From the NCBI GenBank assembly GCA_003141245.1, contig PLLE01000041.1:175329-239328 (forward strand): 64,000 nucleotides of DNA, in the 5' to 3' direction. The notes under the pieces are model-generated. The model saw nothing but the letters and a program-made list of their open reading frames with translations, was not told the origin of the DNA and did no database searches. Shown here piece after piece: positions 36,942-43,510 of this stretch (its first letter is position 1; every line of letters begins with the position of its first letter). The DNA comes from Chloroflexota bacterium (GTDB taxonomy: Bacteria; Chloroflexota; Limnocylindria; Limnocylindrales; CSP1-4). The position numbers and the translations under genes were made by a program.

Positions 36942-37502
36942 ATGGGCAAGCTGGTCTACTTGATGAACGTCTCACTCGACGGCTACGTCGAGACTCCCGA
37001 CCACTCCCTCGATTGGGCGGACGTCAACAAAGAGGTACACCGCTGGTTCGGCGACCGCTCCCGCGAGACGGATGCGTTCCTTTACGGGCGGCGACTGTAT
37101 GAGGTCATGAACGCCTTCTGGCCGACCGCGGAGTCCGACCCGTCTGCGCCCGACTACATAGTCGACTTTGCCCGGGTCTGGAACGCGACGCCGAAGATCG
37201 TCTTCTCGACAAGCCTAGCCCGCGTCGATGGGAACAGCCGGCTCGTCAGCGGCGATGTGGGCGACGTGCTGGCTCGGCTGCGGGCCGAGTTCCCCGGCGA
37301 GTTAAGCGTCGCCGGGCCGACGCTGGCCGCCCAATTCATCCGGCGCGGGCTGATCGACGAATACCGCGTCGTCGTCCACCCGGTCATCCTCGGCGCGGGC
37401 CTGCCGTTCTTCCCCGGGCTCGAGACACCGGTCGGCCTGCGGCTCACCGAGACGCGGCAGTTCGCGTCGGGCGCCATGTATCTGGGCTACGTGCCGGCGT
37501 AG
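36942..37502 (+). CDS. Dihydrofolate reductase-family protein (RibD C-terminal domain)
   Basis: MGKLVYLMNVSLDGYVETPD...FLYGRRLYEVM...ELSVAGPTLAAQFIRRGLIDEYRVVVHPVILGAG. Confidence 0.85.
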   Translation: MGKLVYLMNVSLDGYVETPDHSLDWADVNKEVHRWFGDRSRETDAFLYGRRLYEVMNAFWPTAESDPSAPDYIVDFARVWNATPKIVFSTSLARVDGNSRLVSGDVGDVLARLRAEFPGELSVAGPTLAAQFIRRGLIDEYRVVVHPVILGAGLPFFPGLETPVGLRLTETRQFASGAMYLGYVPA

Positions 37503-37546
37503 CTTCGGCGCTGGCGCGCCGGCGTCGCCTGGCGGCGCTGATCGCG

Positions 37547-37846
37547 CTATCTAGTGCTTTCGCCGCGATCCGTCAGCCGTATCTTCAGCTCGACGCCGAC
37601 GGCGTCTGCGTACCGCTCCAGAGTCGAGATCCTGCTGTCCAGGTCGCCGGCCTCGAGGCGAGCCACGACGGGCTGTGATGTGCTCATCCGGGCCGCGACC
37701 GCGGTCTGGCTCAGGCCTCGAGACGTCCTGAGCTCCACAAGTTCGCGCACGAGCTCGCGCCGGCGTACCGCGGCTGCCACGAGACGTGGGAAGGCCGAAT
37801 TGGCCGCGGTCCGAGAAGCGATCGTCTCGTCTAGGAAATCGCCCAT
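37547..37846 (-). CDS. XRE-family HTH protein (orphan HigA-like antitoxin)
   Basis: LRTSRGLSQTAVAARMSTSQPVVARLEAGDLDSRISTLERYADAVGVEL. A higB 3-prime remnant lies just upstream. Confidence 0.8.
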   Translation of the reverse strand: MGDFLDETIASRTAANSAFPRLVAAAVRRRELVRELVELRTSRGLSQTAVAARMSTSQPVVARLEAGDLDSRISTLERYADAVGVELKIRLTDRGESTR

Positions 37847-37907
37847 GTCTGCGTCCCTTCGTGCATCCATGCCGCCAGAATATAGCAAGAACGATATACC
37901 AGCAATG

Positions 37908-37969
37908 CTATTGTGCTCGGGATCGCCAGTCCGCGAGGCGCTGCTCTGCCAGCGCAATCACGTCGGGCG
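37908..37969 (-). pseudogene. Remnant of a higB/Gp49-type toxin 3-prime end
   Basis: The minus-strand translation PDVIALAEQRLADWRSRAQ* parallels the intact HigB segment RSDIQLAEQRWADYQTR (40198-40250). It is cut off exactly where repeat copy B begins. Confidence 0.45.
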
Positions 37970-38114
37970 GGGAAGCTGGCCTGGAGCGGAGAGACAGGCG
38001 ATCCCCAAGCTCCCGGCGCTTCGGCTCAGTCCGTCCATCGTCGTGTGGAGGATTGCGCGCAGGAAGGCGGGTCAACGGCATCCTTCCGTCCATTCGGCCG
38101 AAGGCCAAGTCGGT
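37970..38114 (+). repeat. 145-nt repeat family, copy B
   Basis: GGGAAGCTGGCCTGGAGCGGAGAGACAGGCGATCCCC...TCCTTCCGTCCATTCGGCCGAAGGCCAAGTCGGTC. Confidence 0.75.
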
Positions 38115-38163
38115 CTCGCGCAGGTTGCCGGCGACCTGGCGTTGATCTGGATCCGGTGCGGCA

Positions 38164-39669
38164 CTAGCTCCGGCTGGGCAAGGGCATCGGAGAGGCCGGA
38201 GGTAGCGTCGGACGCGTGGGGCCCGGTCCGCCCCATCCACCTGAGCGCAGCAGCTCTTCGGCGAGGTCGCGCGCCGCGGAAGAGTCGTAGGTCTCGGGCC
38301 GCCACGCGTACATCAGGTCGGTGAGCAAGGCGAACTGGCCGTTCGAGCCCGTCCAGGCCTGGTCGATGGACATGTTCGTCATGTAGGTCGAGATGACGGT
38401 CGACAGGTCGGCGTCGAGGCCTGACACCGGTAGGCGCCAATCTACGTACTGAGTCCCTTCGTTGTCCCAGAGGCCGATCTTGTGACCGACGAACTCGGAG
38501 TACGCTCGAGCGCCGGCGGTCTGGATCCGCGCCGAGACGACGCCATTGCCGGTCCAGAAGACCATCACGTCGGCCGGCAGCTTCGATGTGAGGATCGTCA
38601 GGTAATTCCGCGCGTCGGCGCCCATTTTGTCCGGAACCCCTGCGTACTGACCCGTTGTGATCGCGACCTCGATCGCCGGATCGAGCGACCGCAGGTAGCC
38701 ATAGAAGTCGTTGAACGCCGTAGCCTGGCTCGCGGCCAGCTCGGCGGGATCATCGGACCAGATGTCGTCAAAGTTCAGGGAGAAGTTGCGGATCCCGAGG
38801 TCGTACTGGCTCTTGAGGGCGGCCTTGATGTCGGCCCTCGGCGTCGCAGTCAGGTAGTCGCGATACCCAACGAGCGACATGAACGTGACGTAGTGGCTGC
38901 GACAGTAGGCGATGAGCTCCACCATGCCGGGCTCATTGGGCTGGATTCGCTTGTAGAGGAAGTTGAGTTTGTACGTCACGCCGAAGCGCACCCGATCGAG
39001 CGGGTCGGCGGTGAGGATGACGCCACGGCGCAGGAATGAAGGATGATCCTCGACCGTGGCGAGCCGGAGATGGGCTGTGCCGCTGTCGGCGACGATGAGC
39101 TGTGCCATCGACAGGAGGCCGTAGTAGCCGCCGGCCTCGTCCCTCGCCTGGATCGCTACATCGGCGCCGATTCCCTTCGACTTGGCGATCACGAGCCGGT
39201 AGCCCTGCGCCGGCAAGCCGGCCACACCGATCTTCAGGGTGAGCCGGGCCTGCGGCCGGTCGGCTGCCGGGGAATCAGCGAGCGCCAGGCCGTCTTCGGC
39301 GGCGACTTCGCTCACCCGGTCGCTGAGGTTCCCCGCCGGGCACGCGACGCAAACGAGCTCGGCGACCTCCACGGTCTCGCCATAGTGCGCGGAGCTGGGT
39401 GCGGGCACGATTTGCGGAGGTTGCAGGTGCGGGAGGGCAGCCGGCGTCGGTGTCGGCGTCAGTGCCGGCGTTAGTGCCGGGGTCGGTGGCGGAGTTGGCG
39501 TCGATGCTGGCGGAGAGTATGTCGCGGGTGAGACCGGAGATAGCTGCGGGGCCGCCGAACTGCCGCAACCTGACAGCGTCGCCGCTGAGAAGAGGACGGC
39601 GAGGCCGATCGCTGCCGGTCGCAGCAGCGACGAGCGAGAGACGAGCCGGGTTGACGGAACCGCGGTCAT
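38164..39669 (-). CDS. GH84-like beta-N-acetylglucosaminidase family lipoprotein
   Basis: Lipobox LSGC after the signal peptide, a Pro/Thr linker, and the catalytic-type DD motif in FSLNFDDIWSD within a TIM-barrel-like region. The ORF track extends to 39909, but that stretch is Arg-rich. Confidence 0.65.
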   Translation of the reverse strand: MTAVPSTRLVSRSSLLRPAAIGLAVLFSAATLSGCGSSAAPQLSPVSPATYSPPASTPTPPPTPALTPALTPTPTPAALPHLQPPQIVPAPSSAHYGETVEVAELVCVACPAGNLSDRVSEVAAEDGLALADSPAADRPQARLTLKIGVAGLPAQGYRLVIAKSKGIGADVAIQARDEAGGYYGLLSMAQLIVADSGTAHLRLATVEDHPSFLRRGVILTADPLDRVRFGVTYKLNFLYKRIQPNEPGMVELIAYCRSHYVTFMSLVGYRDYLTATPRADIKAALKSQYDLGIRNFSLNFDDIWSDDPAELAASQATAFNDFYGYLRSLDPAIEVAITTGQYAGVPDKMGADARNYLTILTSKLPADVMVFWTGNGVVSARIQTAGARAYSEFVGHKIGLWDNEGTQYVDWRLPVSGLDADLSTVISTYMTNMSIDQAWTGSNGQFALLTDLMYAWRPETYDSSAARDLAEELLRSGGWGGPGPTRPTLPPASPMPLPSRS

Positions 39670-39811
39670 GGCGTCCACAGTCGTACCCGTCCCCCTGTGG
39701 CGTGCCCAAGCCAGGCGTGACTCGCCTGCCCTCTCCGAGATCCTACGCCGTCCCTTGGGCCGCTGACAATGTCCGCGTGCCCGGGTGCGCCTGGGTCTCC
39801 GGGGTGCGTGG

Positions 39812-39832
39812 CGGTGCTCCCCTACTCTAGCC
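39812..39832. repeat. 21-nt exact direct repeat CGGTGCTCCCCTACTCTAGCC (copy 2)
   Basis: It is identical to 34565-34585 and is followed by a degenerate fic 3-prime remnant. Confidence 0.75.
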
Positions 39833-39860
39833 TGGCGGGCCACGCGGTGGCGGCCTTCCT
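39822..39860 (-). pseudogene. Possible remnant of a fic-like gene 3-prime end
   Basis: The minus-strand translation ...GRPPPRGPPG* compares with the intact Fic C-terminus ...GRPPKGTPTG*. It has the same stop codon and the same downstream 21-mer. Confidence 0.4.
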
Positions 39861-39913
39861 GCGCAATCGCCAATGCATTGGCGGATAAGCGTCCCTGACT
39901 ACTCTCCACGGCT

Positions 39914-40300
39914 GTGTGGCCAATCGTCTACTACAGAGACGGCAGCGGTCGAGAGCCGGCCAACGAGGCAATCCTCCGGCTGAGTCCGCGCGACCAACTC
40001 GCCGTCGACAACGACATTGAGCGTCTTGCGGAATTCGGCCCGACGCTCCCCTATCCGTGGTCGAGCCAGGTGAATGGCGAACTCCGCGAGCTTCGAGCCG
40101 ACGCAGGGCCATCGCACTATCGCATCTTCTACAGGCGATCCCACAACATCTTCGTGCTCCTCCACTTCATCGAGAAGCGGGTTGATCGTCTGCCGCGGTC
40201 CGACATCCAGCTAGCCGAACAGCGGTGGGCTGACTATCAGACGCGAATGAACGTACCAGTCCGCCGGCCACCTCGGGCCGCAGGTCATGACGCGCCTTAG
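39914..40300 (+). CDS. higB: HigB / phage Gp49-like (RelE-superfamily) toxin
   Basis: VYYRDGSGREPANEAI...GELRELRADAGPSHYRIFYRRSHNIFVLLHFIEKR, followed by the HTH antitoxin. Confidence 0.8.
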   Translation: MWPIVYYRDGSGREPANEAILRLSPRDQLAVDNDIERLAEFGPTLPYPWSSQVNGELRELRADAGPSHYRIFYRRSHNIFVLLHFIEKRVDRLPRSDIQLAEQRWADYQTRMNVPVRRPPRAAGHDAP

Positions 40301-40320
40301 CCTTTGCTGAGGCTTGACTG

Positions 40321-40340
40321 GGTTATCAGAAGTGATAACC
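40321..40340. promoter_or_regulatory. Perfect 8-bp inverted repeat GGTTATCA-GAAG-TGATAACC between higB and higA
   Basis: It lies in the 60-nt higB-higA spacer directly after TTGACT (40315-40320). It is a candidate operator and internal promoter. Confidence 0.4.
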
Positions 40341-40360
40341 TGCCCGGAGAAAGAAAGCGC

Positions 40361-40708
40361 ATGAACAAGCAAGCCGCATCGACCGCGATCAGTCCAATTG
40401 GCAGCGATTTCGCCGCGTCCCGCGAGCTGAGGCGGCGGGACCCAGGGTACGCGGCGGTCGAAGCCGAGCTCGCTCCCCTGGAGGCCCTCGCGCGGATCCT
40501 CATCGCCTACCGCATCGAGCAAGGCCTAACCCAGGAAGCTCTCGCGCAGCGCGTCGGCACGAGCAAGACCGCCATCTGCCGCCTCGAAAGCGGCCAGCAC
40601 AAGCCTTCGGTGGAGACGCTCGTGAAGATCGGGCGTGCGCTTGGTCAGAAGCTGGTCATTGGCTTTGAGGATGCGTCGGGCCGGAGGGACGTCGCGACTT
40701 TTTCGTAG
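40361..40708 (+). CDS. higA: HigA-type XRE HTH antitoxin
   Basis: YRIEQGLTQEALAQRVGTSKTAICRLESGQHKPSVETLVKIGRALG. An upstream in-frame TTG at 40304 is possible. Confidence 0.85.
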   Translation: MNKQAASTAISPIGSDFAASRELRRRDPGYAAVEAELAPLEALARILIAYRIEQGLTQEALAQRVGTSKTAICRLESGQHKPSVETLVKIGRALGQKLVIGFEDASGRRDVATFS

Positions 40709-40745
40709 TTCGCCGTGGGCCCGAGCAACGCTATTGTGAAGCTGG

Positions 40746-40890
40746 CCCGGGGCGGGAAACAGGGCAATCCCTGTGGTCCCGGCGCTGCGGCTCCGACGGT
40801 CCAACCTGGGTCGAAGGATGGCGCGAAGGCAGGCCGTTCAGTGGCAGCCTTCCGTTCATTCGGCCGAAGCTCAAGTCGTCCGTCCGCCTT
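40746..40890 (+). repeat. 145-nt repeat family, copy C
   Basis: GTGAAGCTGGCCCGGGGCGGGAAACAGGGCAATCCC...GCCTTCCGTTCATTCGGCCGAAGCTCAAGTCGTC. Confidence 0.75.
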
Positions 40891-40987
40891 CCTGCGCGCG
40901 GTCCAGGCGGCCGATCCGGGCAGGTGGTTCAGAGTTACGACGACCCCAGCGCGGCGATTAGCCAGTCATGGAAGTCGGCCGCTTGAA

Positions 40988-42022
40988 TCAGTACCAGCCG
41001 ACTCCGGGGATCAGAACGCCGTCCTCCCAGTACCCGCTTCGGAAAGCCAGAGCGGCGCACGGCGATCCATAACGCTCGATCATGTAATCGACGCCCCACT
41101 CCGCCTGCACTACCGGGTTATCCCGCCATGCGCGGTACAGCCGTGCGGCTTCGGGGTCGCCGGCCTCCACCGCCGCCCTGGCCTTGGCCTCTGCCCAATT
41201 GGCCAGTTTGCTGGCCGGATTGGCCTGGGGCAGACCATAGGCGCCACTGGCCTTGTTGGTGGCGTGTGGGTTCCATCGCGCCTCGTACTCGAATATCAGG
41301 CTCGCGCACTGAGACTGAGCCATGCCCCAATGCTTATCCACCCTGGCGCCCAATCGAGCAACCAGATAACTCCTCGCGTCCTGGATCGTTGGAACAGCAG
41401 CCAACCCAACCTGGAATGGACGTGCCTCGAGTACGGCGGACGCCGGGATGTTCGACACAGGCTTGATCGCGATTGCTTCGGCGGACGAGGTCGCGCTCGG
41501 CGTCGGTCCGGGTGTGGGGTTCGAGATCGTCGATGGCTGCGCGGTGATGGATGGAAGACTCCCGATCTGAGCGGAATCGGCTCCACTGATGACGACCGGC
41601 TGACCGCCGGTTGGCGCACCGTCGGGCGGCGCCGCGCCGGCGGAGGCGGATGGATTGACGGCCGGGGCAGAGCCGGCAACGACGACCGCGAGGACCGCGG
41701 CCCAAGCGCCGGCCTGTGAGATACCACGCAGGCGGCCGCCGAGAACGGAGCTGCGAGCTTGAAGGCATCCGCGACGGCGGTACCGGGCAAGAGCGGCGAA
41801 CTCCCCGTCGGGAATCGGGAATTCGATGCCCCACTGATTGAGTGCATCGTCAGGCGCCGGCCAGGCTGGTGCGATCGAGAGGCGCCAGGAAGAAATGGCC
41901 CGGGCGAGGTTCCATGATGTCGGCTGCACGAGTCCATCGAGCTCCTCGGGGAGCAGCGGAAACTGGATACCCCATTGATCCAGGGCATCGAGGGACGAGC
42001 ACGGGGCCACAGTTTGGCGCAT
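40988..42022 (-). CDS. Secreted/membrane-anchored lytic transglycosylase-like protein (Apf C-terminal-like domain)
   Basis: C-terminus: EARWNPHATNKASGAYGLPQANPASKLA...NPVVQAEWGVDYMIERYGSPCAALAFRSG...GWY*. It also has a TM helix and a duplicated N-terminal motif (ALDQWGIQFP / ALNQWGIEFP). Confidence 0.7.
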   Translation of the reverse strand: MRQTVAPCSSLDALDQWGIQFPLLPEELDGLVQPTSWNLARAISSWRLSIAPAWPAPDDALNQWGIEFPIPDGEFAALARYRRRGCLQARSSVLGGRLRGISQAGAWAAVLAVVVAGSAPAVNPSASAGAAPPDGAPTGGQPVVISGADSAQIGSLPSITAQPSTISNPTPGPTPSATSSAEAIAIKPVSNIPASAVLEARPFQVGLAAVPTIQDARSYLVARLGARVDKHWGMAQSQCASLIFEYEARWNPHATNKASGAYGLPQANPASKLANWAEAKARAAVEAGDPEAARLYRAWRDNPVVQAEWGVDYMIERYGSPCAALAFRSGYWEDGVLIPGVGWY

Positions 42023-42128
42023 GGAATGACTGTCGGGGAAACGCAGCCTGTTTCACACGGTACGACCGGAGGATTCCTCAAACGCCGGATGTACTGCCGG
42101 CACCTGACTGTCGGCGGGTGACAGGGCG

Positions 42129-42273
42129 GTGAAGCTGGCCTGGAGCGGAGAGCCAGGCGATCCCCAAGATCCCGGCGCTGCGACTCCAACGGTCCGACCT
42201 TTGTCGGAGGCTGGCGCGCAGGCAAGCCGTCCACCGGCTGTCTTCCGTTCATTCGGCCGAAGGCCAAGTCGTC
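42129..42273 (+). repeat. 145-nt repeat family, copy D
   Basis: GTGAAGCTGGCCTGGAGCGGAGAGCCAGGCGATCCCC...GTCTTCCGTTCATTCGGCCGAAGGCCAAGTCGTC. Confidence 0.75.
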
Positions 42274-42321
42274 AATTCGCCTGTGGGTTCGGGCGAGCTC
42301 TGCGGCGGCGCGGATCGCTGG

Positions 42322-42834
42322 TCAGCGTCGCAGGCCTGCGTCGAGCTGGTAGTAGAGGGCGTCCAGCCGACTGCGACCAGGGACGCGAGCCGGATACCGC
42401 CGCACAACCTCGCGAACTGCCGGCGAGGCGTGCTCGATCGCCCATCGGATCTCCTCGTCACCGACGCTGGGGTCGTCGGCCGCCGCGAACTCGCGGGCCC
42501 GCGCCCCGTACACGGCAGGCCCAAGGGCGTGTTTCGCCTGGTCAAGGGTCGCCAATGGGTGCATGTAAGCGGCAGACGCTGCGAGACCCGCGGCGCGAGC
42601 GGCGGCTGTGGCGACCGGATCGCCGACCTCGCGCGCGGCTGCCAGAGCTGCCCACGCAAGGGAGCGCAGTCGCGCAGTCCGCTTTCCCCCGCGCGCGAAG
42701 GCCCGGATGCCCTCGATCGCCTCGCGCGGACGGGTGTCAGAGGGAGCCTTCGCCTCGAACAGCGGCAGCACCCGCTCGGCACAATCGGCAGCCCAGAGCC
42801 CGACAAGGCGGAGGTCTTCTTGGGTCAGCGTCAT
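42322..42834 (-). CDS. All-helical hypothetical protein, resembles the 'putative immunity protein' (Imm5-like) family
   Basis: LTQEDLRLVGLWAADCAERVLPLFEAKAPSDTRPREAIEGIRAFARGG... The family resemblance is from memory and was not verified. Confidence 0.5.
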   Translation of the reverse strand: MTLTQEDLRLVGLWAADCAERVLPLFEAKAPSDTRPREAIEGIRAFARGGKRTARLRSLAWAALAAAREVGDPVATAAARAAGLAASAAYMHPLATLDQAKHALGPAVYGARAREFAAADDPSVGDEEIRWAIEHASPAVREVVRRYPARVPGRSRLDALYYQLDAGLRR

Positions 42835-42880
42835 CGGGCCAGCGGACGGTCGTCCGCAAGCTTTCGGACCGCGTGCGCCT

Positions 42881-43180
42881 CTATGGGGTTGTCCCCGGAG
42901 CAGTCGCAGCGACGGCGGAGCGCGCATCCTGGATGGTCACCACGGCCACGCGATCCGTCCCTTCGTCGTAGACATACACGATCAACATCCAGCGCCACGG
43001 ACCGAGGATAAAGCGGAAATCCGCCCATCGACCCTCCAGCGGCGCGCCCAGGTGCGGAAAGCGTGCAAGTGGTCGCAGCGACGACTTCGCTCGGTCGCGC
43101 GTGCTCCGGGGCAGGCTCAACGTCCGGACCAACGTGTCAAGGTCTTCGACCGCGGTCGGTGTGACCACGACCGTCGCCAT
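42881..43180 (-). CDS. parE: ParE/RelE-family toxin
   Basis: VVVTPTAVEDLDTL...PLARFPHLGAPLEG...FRFILGPWRWMLIVYVYDEGTDRVAVVTIQDARS. Confidence 0.8.
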   Translation of the reverse strand: MATVVVTPTAVEDLDTLVRTLSLPRSTRDRAKSSLRPLARFPHLGAPLEGRWADFRFILGPWRWMLIVYVYDEGTDRVAVVTIQDARSAVAATAPGTTP

Positions 43181-43183
43181 TGG

Positions 43184-43441
43184 CTAGAGATCCTCGAGGG
43201 GCGTGCCGAGACCGGCTCGGGCTTCCGCTCGTCCCCGCTGGGCGCTGTCGAAGGCGCCTGGGAGTCTGTCAAGTAGCTCGGTCACGCTACGAGGATCGGG
43301 GTCGGCCTCCTCGAGAGCGGTGGAAAGCAGGGATCGGGCAATCGTGCCGGGGTTCGTATGCGTCCTCTCGGCCAGGCGGCGGAGCTTGAGAGCGTGCTCC
43401 TCGTCGAGGATCACGTTCACGCGGCTGGATGGGTTGCTCAT
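43184..43441 (-). CDS. Ribbon-helix-helix antitoxin (ParD/CopG-like)
   Basis: RVNVILDEEHALKLRRLAERTHTNPGTIARSLLSTAL. It ends 3 nt upstream of parE. Confidence 0.7.
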   Translation of the reverse strand: MSNPSSRVNVILDEEHALKLRRLAERTHTNPGTIARSLLSTALEEADPDPRSVTELLDRLPGAFDSAQRGRAEARAGLGTPLEDL

Positions 43442-43510
43442 GACCGTGAGGGTACACGTTTCAGCACTCTCTGTGTAGTATCGATCTCACATGCGACGGG
43501 ACGGGCCGGA

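Noticed and set aside
41296-42267. A 323-aa minus-strand ORF starting inside repeat D and overlapping the transglycosylase gene.
   Set aside because: Its composition is Arg/Pro/Ser-rich. It overlaps the well-supported transglycosylase frame, and its apparent similarity to the ORF at 37908-38240 only reflects the shared repeat DNA.
35715-42273. The 145-nt repeats read as integron attC sites in a CALIN-type cassette array.
   Set aside because: No intI gene is present. I could not find paired R''/R' core sites (RYYYAAC ... GTTRRRY) at the repeat ends, and the element is not a single imperfect palindrome as attC sites are. This is not fully excluded, and IntegronFinder would settle it.
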